A DNA stretch of 64,000 nucleotides from Octopus sinensis (taxonomy: Eukaryota). A program made the translations under genes and the position numbers. The stretch spans positions 17,546,001 to 17,610,000 of the forward strand of contig NC_043009.1 in the NCBI RefSeq assembly GCF_006345805.1. Reading direction: 5' to 3'. Under the pieces are notes generated by a model, which searched no databases, was not told where the DNA came from, and saw nothing but the letters and a program-made list of their open reading frames with translations. Within the stretch, counting starts at the first letter, position 1. Every line of letters begins with the position of its first letter. Shown here piece by piece: positions 39,174 to 51,764 of the stretch.

Positions 39174-39991
39174 ACCATCATCGTTTAATGTACGCTTTCC
39201 ATGCTAGCATGGTTTGGATGATTTGACTGAGGGCTGGTGAACCAGATGGCTGCACCAGGCTACAATCTTGATCTGGCAGAGTTTCTACAGCTGGATGCCC
39301 TTCCTAACACCAACCACTCCGAGAGTGTAGTGGGTGCTTTTATGTGCCACTAGCACGGGGCCAGTCAGGCGGTACTGGCAACGACCTTGCTCGAATCTTT
39401 TACACATTCCACCAGCACAGGTGCCAGTAAGATGATGCTGGTAACGATCACGCTCGAATGGTGTCTTTTACGTGCCATCGGCACAGAGGCCAGATAGCCG
39501 CTCTGGCAACGATCATGCTTGGATAGTGCTCTTAACACCCTACTAGCACGGGGCTTGAGTGCCAGTAAGGCGAGGCTGAAAACGATCACACTCGAATGGT
39601 GCCTTTTATGTGCCACTGGCACAGAAGCCGGTTAGCCGCTCTGTCAACGATCACGCTCATATGGTGCTCTTTGCACCCCGCTAACACAGAAGCCATTTTT
39701 GATTTTGATTGTGATTTCACTTGCCTCAACAGGTCTTTGCAAGCAGAGTTTTAGTGTGCAAAGAAGGAAAAGGTATGCATAAGTGGGATGGTTACGCCCC
39801 TGGCAAAGGCCATGAGATTATGGGCTCATTTGGCTTGCCGGGTTTTCTCACGCACAGCATATTTCCAAAAGTCTCGGTCACTAGTCATTTCTTCAGTGAG
39901 GCCTAAAGTTCAATGGTCGTGCTTCATCACTTCATCCCAGGTCTTCCTGGGTCTACCTCTTCCACAGGTTCCCTCAACTGCTAGGGTGTGA
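39174..39991 (-). mobile_element. 5'-truncated RTE LINE
   Basis: TLAVEGTCGRGRPRKTWDEVMKHDH..LGLTEEMTSDRDFWKYAVREKTR; repeat-rich 3' UTR; (GAT)n tail. Confidence 0.9.
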
Positions 39992-40104
39992 CAGACAGAT
40001 GTGTATATATATATATGTGTGTGAGTGTGTGTGTGTGTGTGTGTGTGCGTATATATATAGAGAGAGAGAAAGAGAGATAGTGTGAGTGAGTGTGTTTATC
40101 TTCT

Positions 40105-40340
40105 TTTTCTCTCTTTATTTTACTTGTTTTGGCCATTGGTCTATGCCCATGCTGGGGCACAGCTTTGAGCAATTTTTAGTCGAATGAATCACCCCCAGTA
40201 CTTGTACCAAATCCACTCACAAGGCTTTGATCAGCGTGAGGCTATAGTAGAAGACACTCACCCAAGGTGCCATGCAGTGGGACTGGGCTTGGAACCATGT
40301 AGTTGGGATGCAACAATTCTTACACAAAGCCATACCTGTA
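40105..40340 (-). mobile_element. CORE-type SINE with internal deletion
   Basis: Tail joined directly to CCAAATCCACTCACAAGGCTTT..CCCAAGGTGCC core and head. Confidence 0.8.
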
Positions 40341-40449
40341 CCTAAACACACAGACACATGCATACTGACACACACAAACACAGAGATACATGTATAACAC
40401 ATATGCATGCACAAACACATACATACATACATACATACATATATACATA

Positions 40450-40635
40450 CCGGAGTAAACACATAAATGTGAAACAAGGTGGAAAAAAGAGTACTCAAAT
40501 ACCAGTGGTAGAGTAATATGCTTTATTTAAAGCAGCAGAAAATTCAACAAAACCTGTTACTCTGAGTTGCCGTTCATCGAAACGTGAAACTCAGAGTAAC
40601 AGGTTTTGTTGAATTTTCTGCTGCTTTAAATAAAG
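40450..40635. mobile_element. Probable Penelope-like terminal-repeat remnant forming a perfect 48-bp foldback
   Basis: Arms 40521-40568 and 40588-40635 are exact reverse complements; 19-nt loop with hammerhead-like fragments. Family assignment is inference. Confidence 0.55.
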
Positions 40636-41602
40636 AATAAATACATATATACATATACAGACTTATATATACGTATGTGCCTGTATATATAATTTTAGGT
40701 ATATGATAAAAAATTCCTCCCTACTGGGTTTAAAATGGCATAATAACAAATCTAAGTACATTTTTCTGATTTGATATGGCTTACTGTCATGAAATACAAC
40801 CATACATATTGTGCAAGAACCAGGTGCACTTTGGTTATAAAATAGACAAACATATCGTTAAAATCTCATCGAACAGAATGCAACTTGTCCAGTATCTAAC
40901 CACAAATTCATAGACTGTATTACAATAAGGCCAGAATGAACAATCTCATGAAATAACAAATTAGCAGATCCACAAAACAGACATCAGATAAAGAATGCAA
41001 AGAATAACTTTGGAAGGTTTACTGATATGAAACTAAATTAAACATACAGGCACAGTTGTGGCCGTGTAGTAATAAGTTTGCGTCCCAACCATATGGCTCG
41101 GGGTTCAAAAAAATAAGCACTGCGAGTAATTCATTTAACTAAAATTCTTCAAGGCAATGCCCCAGCATTGAAACAAGATAGATATGTCAATTAAAATCTA
41201 TATCATAATAGCTTGAAATCTAAAAGGATTTATCATTTTAAATCATTGTGCATGTGTGTATGCATGTTTACGTGTCTGTCTTTAATCTACCAACATTGGC
41301 ACTATTTTGCCACTGCTCGAAAAATGTTATGTTGTGTCGTGTTTATGCTCCAAATTCTGTAACATAGTGCTTTAACAAACAGAGATCGATAAGAGATCTA
41401 CCAGACCTAGCCTGTTCAATCCATTTTTCTAGTTTACCGGGAATTGGCAGACACCGAATCAAAAATCCAATCAAACTAAATCTAAATTGGTTGATGCAAA
41501 TACAGACAGATCAACTGTGTAGAATTCGGTTATTTACAAATGTCTGCTCACAGACAGTGTTATTTCAGTTGTTGTTTTGAGTAATTTTCCAATTGTTCAA
41601 CC

Positions 41603-41870
41603 ATGAAACTCACCACAGTCAAACACTTCTCGAATGTTTTTATTACAACACAAAAACATGCATTGTTTACAACTGATGAAGTACTGAAAATTTTCGAAGA
41701 TTCTGATAAAAATCAACAAGTATTCAATCAAACATATCCAAAGAATGTGTTGGAGTCAATTAAAGATGAAAGATTTCAAGTGGAAAGTGATAAATATGTG
41801 TCTCAAATGAGTGGACTTGGTTGTTAATCAACTAATAGTAGTGCTGATGTAATATTGATATTGGATTGAC
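41603..41870 (+). pseudogene. Possible DNA-transposase (piggyBac-like) N-terminal remnant
   Basis: LFTTDEVLKIFEDSD..ESIKDERFQVESD, an acidic N-terminus; no catalytic motifs. Confidence 0.3.
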
Positions 41871-42128
41871 AATCTACCAATTGTAAAAAATATTTTCAAT
41901 TTTTAGGAATTTTTGTTTGGTAACTTTTTACCAAACAATCAGTTTATTACTTGAGACGTGCCTTTTTATGTGTTATTTGTGTAGAGCTCATGTATAGACG
42001 CTAGTTATCTCATTGTGCACAAAGCTGATTAGGTTAAAAATAAGTACTCGGGTTGATATGCTCAACCTTTCAAGGCAGTGTCACAACAAGGGGCCACAAC
42101 CTAAAAATACTATTCCGTCAAATAAATA

Positions 42129-42172
<44 letters not shown>

Positions 42173-42819
42173 CGTCAAAACAAATTACATTAAAAGGACA
42201 ACACAGGAAGAATAGATTCACTAACATGGTATTAGCTTCACACTTTTAATAGAAAGACAGCAGGGATTTGCATTGGAGATTAATCCTTTATCAGAAAGAA
42301 AAGAAAGTGGAAATAAAGGAAAGAATTGGAAACCAGGTGGGATGGCAGTTCTATGGAGGGGGGGAGTTATGGAGGAAGAAGGCAGGTATATAAATACAAA
42401 TATCAGACTATAATGTGTGTGGAAGCAGGTAGGAGGAGGAGGAGGAGTGTGTGTGAACCTATAGTGGCATTGGTGGTGTAAAAAGCATGTATGTGAGGAG
42501 GTGAAAGTGTGTGCAAGGGATTCAAAAGTATTAGCAAAGCATATGGGCTACAAGAGAGCAAGGTAGAAAATGTTATTGATGTGTGTGCACTTAAGGGTGG
42601 GAAAATGTGGGGTTTTTTTTTTTTTGGTTTTTTTTTTACAAAGAGTGAAAGTGTAAACTAAATACTGAAAATGCTGAAGTCTGTACGGGGAAGAAGTGTC
42701 AAAGAAATTGGTAGTGTCCATGCATGTAGATGTGTGTTTATATATATTAGCAGAGATACCTGACATGGCCAGCATCACATGGAACTGAAGAATTAGACTT
42801 ATCTTTTATATTTTCTCTA

Positions 42820-44640
42820 ATGAACAGGAATACCTATGATTCAAATTTCATCAAAATTGGAGATGAAGAATTTTAAGGGATGTTCTTTCCCTCTTTACAC
42901 ACCATAACAAAAATTCTAATTATGATATATTTATCCCATACTACTCATCTTTATGCCCAGGTTCCAAAATCCAAATCCTATAAAACCTATTCAAAGGATT
43001 TTACTCCTGAAAAATGGAGCACATGAAGCTTTAAAATGTGGGAGTTAAGGCCCCCTACCGGGGGGGGGGGTCCTTAAAGTCAACCAGAGAAGTTGAATTG
43101 TTGGGAATCTTTTTTAATTTGTGTCTTATTTCTATTTCTTTGAAATTGGAAATATATGAATGTTCACCGGGTTTGTAAAAGAGAGCAAAGCCAGAGGAAA
43201 CCAAAAGACGTATGATCACAATAAGCAGTCAGCTACCCTACCCTAGTTGTTACTGCTCCCCAATGTAGGATTTCTCACCATACAGGTAACCAGCACAGCC
43301 ATAAGATGCATTACGGGTCTATAGCAATTGAAAGGGCATGACCCAACTCAAATAAACATTAACAACTGTGTGATGTGAGGGCTAAGGAAAAATGAAAGTG
43401 TCACCTCTAGAGTTTAATAGTGATCACTATGCTGATAGGTAATTGAATAGAATAAATTTGCAATTTATAAATCTCTTTGAATGACCAATCACTTATCTGG
43501 AAAGGCCTTGAAATCAATGTTACCATCTGGGGACTATCTTTGATCCAGTGATAATAAAAAGACTCAAAGGAGGTCTGCAACCAAATAACTTAACTCAAAA
43601 TATCCCATTGCAACTGAATCAGTGAAGGCAAAGATGCCTCTCCTTTACTTGACAATTTATGCACCACATTGCAGAAATCACAATCTAAGTATATCCCAAA
43701 GCAAATTCTTACACTGTTGTACCATTGAATTACAAATAATGCTCATCTTGTATCCTCAGGTGACTAAATGTGGGAGTTAAGCCCCTCATTAAAGGGGTCT
43801 TACTAACCTCCTAAGAAGTTGAAATTTTAGGGATATTACTTCATTTGTATCAAATATCTATAGTTAAAATTTCATCAACAAAAATATATGAATTTTCATG
43901 GGGGTTATGGCTTCATTTATGTCCATTCACTTCTAAACATATATTGCATTACATCTCCTTTTATGCATAGAATATAATTTCCAAATTTCATAAAGATCCA
44001 TTCAGTACTTTAGACCTTGTTTTGGATCATAAAAAAATGACAAAAATTTGAGAGTTAAGGCCCCCGTTAGTTCTTAGAATCCTCATGAGAAACTTTGGGA
44101 ATACTTCATGATTTGTGTCAATTACCTATGGTGAAATTTCATCAACATCGAAAATTTATGAATTTTTATGGTGGTGGTGGTGGGGGTGGGGTGGGTTCTG
44201 CTCCCTTTAAGTCCCCTCAAATACAAACCAAACATACTGCATTAAACCCACCCTTATGCATTGAATCTTAGATTCAATGCAAAAGGATGGTTTTAATGCA
44301 GTATTATAAGGACCCATTCAGTAATTTTGGTTCATGAAAAATGACTAAAATTTGGGTATTAAGCCCTCATTAGTGTGTCTTAGAATCATCCAAAGAAATG
44401 GAAATTTTGGGTATATTTTTTAAATTTATTTCTAATACCTATGGTTCAAATTTCATCAAAATCTGAAGCATATGAATTTTCACAGGGGATTCTGTGCCGC
44501 TTTATGCCCCCTCAAAATTGTATGAAACATACAGCATTACCCTTCTCCCTAGGCTTGGATTTTGTGTTCCAAATTTCATTAGGATTGATCCAGTAGTTTT
44601 CAAGTAACACGTGAACATACAAACATTGACTTTTAAATAA
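42820..44640 (+). mobile_element. Helitron/Helentron (DINE-1-like) non-autonomous element with diverged ~300-bp internal units
   Basis: GAGTTAAG(G)CCCC-like motif at ~43023, 43771, 44051 and 44355; repeated AAATTTCATCAA; ends CCAAATTTCAT..GATCCAGTAGTTTT..ACATACAAACATTGACTTTTAAATAATATATAT. Confidence 0.5.
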
Positions 44641-44787
44641 TATATATATATATAGACACACACACTCATATACACATATACACAGCCATGGTTGATCAGA
44701 ACTGATGGAGTGTGAAGGGAATATAATCTCATATAAATATGTGTTTGTATTGCAGAAATGACTCCTTCTATTTTCTCCAAAGGTGAA

Positions 44788-45213
44788 ATGATTAAAGAAG
44801 ACTCTTTATTTGTGGAAGATGGGGCACCTTGTTACATGGCTAAAAAGACCCAAGATTGGTTGGAAGAGAATGGCATTAAAAAGTTTCCATAGCCAAGCCA
44901 GTCACAAGATATGAACCCTATTGAACACCTCTGAGGCATAACGGGCAGGACACTTTGTAAAAATAACAAGAAAGCATCTTCAAAGCCAGATCTTTTGAGA
45001 TTACTGCATGAAACTTGGCCAGAAATTCCTCAACAGAATATTCGTCATCCGATCAGTAACATGCCTAATAGGGTCCTTGCATTGAAAAATGCAAAGAGCA
45101 TGTCCACTAAATATTAACATCATAATAATTAATAAGTAATTTGCATGCATAATTTCAGATTTAAATAAATTTTAACGATTATAAGAGTGTCTATTTACTT
45201 CTGTCATGCGTGT
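44788..45213 (+). pseudogene. Tc1-like transposase C-terminal fragment with 3' TIR
   Basis: FVEDGAPCYMAKKTQDWL..P*PSQSQDMNPIEHL*..MPNRVLALKNAKSMSTKY* (44788-45117); TIR-like GTGTCTATTTACTTCTGTCATGC at ~45187. Confidence 0.85.
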
Positions 45214-45345
45214 GTGTGTGTGTGTGTATAGTCGAATAATTTGGATTCAATAAGGAGTACAGAGGAACATTTATTTGTAAGCACCACAGTTGTTTCCATG
45301 CAACGTAGTTCTCCAATTGTGTGTGTGTGTATGTATGTATGTATA

Positions 45346-45393
<48 letters not shown>

Positions 45394-45544
45394 TATAAAG
45401 AGTATAAGCAGATTTATGCATGTAAGGGGCACTTGAAGTAAAAGTTTTTTCTGAGAGTTAACACTGATCCACTGGATTTTCCCTCTACACCATCACTCAA
45501 AACAATCTAACCAAAATTGTGGTATTTTTAACAATTTCTCTCAC

Positions 45545-45601
45545 CTGGTTTGTTGTAAGCTGTCTTCATCATTATTACAGTGAGAACAGCAATTTTGAAA
45601 C
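45545..45601 (-). CDS. Candidate 57-nt symmetric exon
   Basis: CTGTTAG| acceptor and CCAG|GTGAGA donor; open as (G)FKIAVLTVIMMKTAYNKP. Confidence 0.15.
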
Positions 45602-46210
45602 CTAACAGTTTAGCAGCAATGATATGACCTAACCACAAGTGAAATTTTATCCTTGGTCAGTCAAAACGACATAGCTCATCACTGATGCAATACTTGGCTG
45701 TTGGCACAAAACTTTTCGATTTAAGGAGAAAAAAAGAGTTGGCAGGTTGATGCTTTCTCATAAATCATGAGCAGCACAAAATGAAAGCTCTTCCAAGTGA
45801 AAATCGAAACAAGGTCATGGACTATATTTCAAGGGAACTTATAGCTCTGTACCATGTTGAACCTCCCACAACAATAGCAACATTAATGGTTATTCCTCTC
45901 ACTGCCATCCCCACCAACCCTGAAGCGCAGACTAGACAGCTCTAGTGAACCACATTTGGCAATGCCCCAACACAGTTCCAACAGGATTTGTAATTAACAC
46001 AATAATCAGTTATTAGAAGTCAGCTTCAAAGTTGGATATTTTGTTTCACTATGGAAATTTCTAAAACGGTACAAAGCATCAAAGGGACGGAGAATGAGCA
46101 TGAAAATGATTAAAATTCTAGTTAGTGGTCGTCCTTTTTATAGATATAGCACTATGGAATTGTTTAATGGAAAGATATAAAGACAAAGAAGATGGAGAGG
46201 AGAGAGAAAT

Positions 46211-46249
<39 letters not shown>

Positions 46250-46644
46250 GGGAGGAGGGAAGAGAGATAGAGAGAGAGGGGAGAGAGAGAATGTGTGTGT
46301 GCTGCACAGTTGGATAACTAGTATTTCCAGATATAAGATACAGTGACTTAGTTAAAAAGCTGTACTCAACCAGCTTAAGTTCAAACCCCAGCTACCAATA
46401 ACCATTGTGGTGCATTGAATGTTTGTTGGTGGTCAGTCTAGTTCCAAGAGAATTAAGATTAAACAGAACTAACGATATGCTAAGAAGAAGACCCAACCAC
46501 CCACTAACCTACAACTTAGTTCCCAATGACTTTCTTCAGTATATTGCAGCCATTTACAACACTAATTTCAAACATGAGTACAAGGTCACACATTCTGCGA
46601 AAGAGAAACATCAATTATATGGGTTTCAAATTTTGGCATGGGGC

Positions 46645-46960
46645 CAGAAATTTTAGGGGAGGGGTAAGTTCATTACATTGACCCCAGTATTCAACTAGTA
46701 CTTATTTTATTGACCTTGAAGGAATGAAATGCAAAGTTGACCTCAGCGAAATTTGAACTCAGAATATGAAGACAGACACAAAATGCCACTCAACATTTTG
46801 CTTGGCATACTAACAATTCTGCCAGCTCTTCGCCTTAGAACTATCAATTATATTGACCACAGTACATAACTGGTACTTATCAAGTTTGAAAGGAATGAAA
46901 GGCAAAGTCAATCACAGCTGTATATTTTTAATTCAGAACATAAATTGGATGAAATTTACC
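46645..46960 (-). mobile_element. Deu/Nin-like SINE plus partial second copy
   Basis: Reverse complement of GACTTTGCCTTTCA..GATAA..GTACCAG body, twice. Confidence 0.75.
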
Positions 46961-47634
46961 AACTACAGAGTTTACAAGAGAGACTTTGTGATGGTAAGGT
47001 TAAGGTTCAAAACTGATTACTGTCTTAATACAAAATAAGACACTAAACTGAGAAGACGAAAACAGGGAAAATGATGCTGATGCTGGTGTTGATAATTATT
47101 ATTACAGTTATGATGCTGATGATGATAACAATGTAGCAACAATACATCATTTTGCTATTATTGTTTTGCCTTTAATTTTCAAAAACCGACTTAATCTCTC
47201 CTGTATTCCATATTTTTTTATGCTTAAAACTACAATGGATCAGATTGCTGTATAGGAACTAGATTTGATATGTATATAAATGGATTGAATACTTGTTTCT
47301 TTGAGATTGGTCAGGTGATGTAGGCATCCCTGATTGAGACCCCAGTTAGGTAAATTCTGCTATACCTACTAACTGGCACACACTTTCGATAACAATGGTA
47401 TATTAAGGCCAGCACATATCTTTACATTGCATTTTTTAATGATAATGCCAAGGAAATGAATTGATTTAGTTTGCAGAAAGATTCCTTTGGCATCAGTCGT
47501 AACAACAATCTGCTTGTGGATGTTATATAAAGACAAAAATATCAATAACATTTTCTATGTTTATTATTTCAATGAATGTTTGTGTGTGTAAGTATATAGG
47601 TATGTATGTGTGTATATAAAGTGTCTCTAAAGGT

Positions 47635-47780
47635 CTTCAGCATCAATCATGTCACATGGGAGCAGGTAGAAGATGGCTAAGGACAGGGTCAACTGGTGGT
47701 CAGCTGTTCACAACGACATGCAAACCGGCAAAGCCAACAAGATTGCCGTAGCAAGCCAAGAAAACCAATATCATCAGAAC
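47635..47780 (+). pseudogene. RTE (BovB-like) ORF C-terminal fragment
   Basis: SINHVTWEQV..AKDRVNWWSAVHNDM resembles the I....WE..A.DR..WR motif. Confidence 0.5.
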
Positions 47781-47927
47781 TCTAGCTATCACCACCACCA
47801 CTCTTTATCCACACTACAAGAGAACCTTTATGACATGGCTTGACCTGATCAGTCTCCAACATACTCAAAGCCCAACCCCAAAACTTAGGACTAAATGATC
47901 CTCATTGCTCCAACGGATGAAGATTAA

Positions 47928-47968
<41 letters not shown>

Positions 47969-48169
47969 AGCATACGTATCTTTATGTGAGGTAAAGTAAG
48001 AATTGTAAGAGATATTAAAATTACATTTCACCCTATGCAAACATTAATTGATATAGAACTCAATACTTTAGGTACATTTAAATGAGAGAAGAGTTGAAGT
48101 CAGTGCTTAACTGCTAATAGTGTTTGAACCCAATGAAGATATTTTTTTCTCCCCCTGATCTGTTAACAC

Positions 48170-48550
48170 AGAATGAAATGAGGCTGTATCTATACAATCC
48201 AGAAAAGAAGGCACACTACATGGTATAGCATCACATCCCTTTACCAAGACCAACGAAATTCATGAGTCAGTGATTGGAAAAGAAAGTTATGCTGGTTGTT
48301 TGTGTGGATGACAAGAGTGTAAGTCTCTTTGTCCCTTAAATGTCAACAGCAAGTGACAGCCTGAGACTCAGACTCAGAAACCTTAAAGAAGCTACCAGAA
48401 GACCAAACAAGAATTTGAAAACAATCCATAATGATGATAATGCACAACCACAGCTTTCGTAACAAATCTGGCTTCAACGCACCACTCTTCCCACTCACAT
48501 ATACCATTGAGTAACACAGTATCTACTCCTGTTCAGCCCTCCCTACAATC
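48170..48550 (+). pseudogene. Mariner transposase fragment (catalytic region)
   Basis: NEMRLYLYNPEKK..PRPTKF..KKVMLVVCVDDKSV..DDNAQP; degenerate. Confidence 0.65.
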
Positions 48551-48922
48551 CTACCACTTTCAAATCCTTGTCTGTCTGTCTGTCTGTCTGTCTGTGTGTG
48601 TGTCTCTTATATACATGTATGTATGTATGTATACACACACACACATATAGGCACTTCTGTTTAGTAGAAAAGTGAAATGAAAATGTTTGAAAATAATGAG
48701 AAAAACAGTTCAGAGAGAGAAATAAAGACATTGATGAGTTTTTTTTTTAGCACAAGGCCACATGTTTTATTGACTTCTAGAAGGATGATAGTGTTTGGCA
48801 AAATTTGAACTTTGAATGTATTATAAATTGAGAACCACTTTATAAAAAAGCCCACTTGATTCTAGCAAAAACTAAAAATATAAGGGTACCAAATGAAATA
48901 CTTAACCCAATGTTTGTACATT

Positions 48923-49295
48923 CATCATCATCCTCAACAATTAATGCCTGTTTTCCATGCTGGCATGGGTTGGATGACTTGACAGAAACTGGCAAGGCCA
49001 GGTTCCTTAGTCTATTTTGGCTTGTTTTCTATGGCTGGATGCCCTTTCTAACACTAACCACATTACAGAGTATACTGGGTGCTTTTTACATGGCACCAGC
49101 ACCAGTGCTTTTTACGTGGTACTTTGGTTTTAAGATCTCGATTTTGTTGTTGTGGACAGATCTTATTGAGTGCAGCAATGCACCACATATCTTGGTCCTC
49201 TGTCATCTCCTTTGTAAGGTTCATAATTTTGAGATCAGCCTTCAATACTTTGTCCCATGTCTTCCTGGGTCTTTCACAACTTGCCTTCACTTTGT
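48923..49295 (-). mobile_element. Short 5'-truncated RTE LINE
   Basis: VKASCERPRKTWDKVLKADLKIMNLTKEMTEDQDMW; a single 3' UTR module; (GAT)n tail. Confidence 0.85.
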
Positions 49296-51084
49296 ACATT
49301 AGTAGTGATTAAAATAAGGAGTATTTGCAGTGATGATGAGAGGGTATTGGTATGAGTTATACTGGGTTAGTGTATCTGCCTTGAGATATAGCCAGGTAGT
49401 TTGGGTATATTTAGCTGGATAAAATGTGTTGTGGCTCTGGCGAATTCTTGAAAATATTACAATCATTTTTATCATTTGAAATCTTGGAATTATGCAAGTA
49501 TTTCTTTCTTCTACCTCACTGCAGAAATCTTTTCCTTCAGATTTCTTATATCTATGTAAAAACATTCATTTTAACTACTTTTTTTTTATATATTTATTTT
49601 TTACTATTCTGCATTGTAATCCCAATACAAGCATATGCTAAGGCAGCTGTATAGATGGTCAACACCAAAATTTGTCTGAAATTTTTATTCAGTGCAACAA
49701 TTTAATGGTAACAAAGAAAATCTATTTATCTCAGTAATGAAATCAATATTTTATTGTAGTCTGATTTTTCTTTGTGTGTGTGTGTGTGTGTGTGTGTGAG
49801 TGTGGTTTTTTTTTTTTTTTGTTTTTTTACTACGTCTTTATACTTTTTCTCTTTTATAAATATAATTTTTACCTCTCTCCCTCACTCCCTTTTGCCAATG
49901 AATTTAAAAGTGAGACGGAAATAATTCAATATTCAAAGAGGGTAGGAGCTACAATAAAATTTATTGAAATTATTCCCTCGCATCCATTTCAAATCCAAAC
50001 CTTAGTTCCGAATCATTTATCTCAACGTTGTCTATGAAGGTTTGACAGGAATTTAATTAGAGGAAGCTTCAGTCAAAAGAGACAGTTTTTCTTGTTTTTA
50101 TTGATGTCAATGATGCTGTTGTTTATTTGCTTTCCAGTGAGCACTTTACAACAAACTATTATAATACTATCTATATTCATCTGTCAATACTGTCTACCAG
50201 TATACACAGCTTTTACACCAGCTTTCCCACTAATTCATACAATAAAACTAACACTCACATTTGAAAATACTTAATACTTATGCTTTCTTTTTTCATCATT
50301 TTTTTTTTCATTATTTGTGCTTACATTATTACTGTTCATTGTTTCTATGTTTTCTTTTGGCTATTTTGAAATCTTTTTCCTTTCCATTTTTAATGTGTTG
50401 GATGGTTCTTTAACTATTGTGATAAATTTAAAATAGCAGCTATTTTTACAGCTGAACTAGTAGCCAACCTCACAGCTAGACTAAATCAAGACCAATAATA
50501 TGCCTAACATAAAGTGCACAACACAGCAGCTCTATAATGCCCTTCTCAACATTTACTGGGAGACTAGTCACGCATATTATTACTCATAGATTTCATGAGA
50601 ACAGAAACAGTTTGTTAAATGAGCAAGAATCTTCTTCAGTGTTTGCCTTTCTAAAACTTATTTTCATACATAAGTATATAGTCAATGTAGTCTCTGTGGT
50701 ATACATGAAGCCTTAGTATTACAGAACTGGATAAGTGAAGCTCTATGATGTTCATGTATTTTTCAGATCATTAGCAACATAAACTGTAGTTATACCACTG
50801 GGAGTCTAACTTGAATTTGCCAAGAATTCACTGCTTTGCATTAACTCTTTCTTCCATAACAATCATGATTGTTAACACAGGCATAAGGCTTCATAGAATT
50901 TAGAAAGTGGAAATAAGATTGGGAAACACTGAAGAAAGACAAAGTTATTTTTATTGGATTTTAATTCAGAGTACAGAGAGACTAAACGAAATACTGCATG
51001 GCTTTGACGTAGGCATTTCATTTTGAGCAATAGCGTTTGTCAGTGGTTACACATTTCTAACAGGTCAATCACTCGTTCACAGCA

Positions 51085-51470
51085 TTGCTACCATTGAGAC
51101 TGACAAAGGATCATCACATTTTACTTTTGTCACACCTCATGCATACACATTACATAACCATACCAGCACAGTCGGCTTTCTTGCCCAACTTTTCTCATCT
51201 GATGCTTCTCACACCCAACTTACCACTCAGGATGCTTACACTCTTTTGTGCATGCACACTGATATTACACATGCAGCAAAGCATGCTACATTTATTCCTT
51301 ACAAGCCTACACATGTCCTTAGCAGTCACAGCCCATTTTTCACTGTTATGTAGCATGGCTGTTCACACAGGCATTATACAGTCTGCCTTTCACTCTGAGC
51401 GAAAGGCCCTTTGTTACCAGAAGAGGTAGGAGTTCTCTAAACTTTGCCCAGCCTACTCTTATTCTAGCAC
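51085..51470 (-). pseudogene. RTE LINE ORF fragment
   Basis: WAKFRELLPLLVTKGLSLRVKGRLYNACV..AVTAKDMCRLVRNK. Confidence 0.85.
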
Positions 51471-51764
51471 ATACTATTATAATATATTATTAAATATTAT
51501 ATCATTGCTATTATGTTAAACTGTTGTATGTCCAAATGTGTCCAAATGCATTTATTTCAATTTTTATTTTTGCTTGCAATAGCTAGTTTTTTGGGTCAAA
51601 CTCTCATATCTGCAGCTGCTTCAGATGCCAAGATATCAAAAATTGTCAAAGTGTAGTACAACAGTTTTGCTATGGAATGGTAAAACTATTTTTTTGTTTT
51701 CTGAAAAAGCAACATTTTGGACTTATGACACTTTTGCATTATAGCAACACTATATTTTTCTTTT

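Noticed and set aside
43270-43740. Penelope-like RT remnant on the minus strand (VAMGY..-like words)
   Set aside because: Only two or three weak motif matches amid many stops; not supportable without an alignment.
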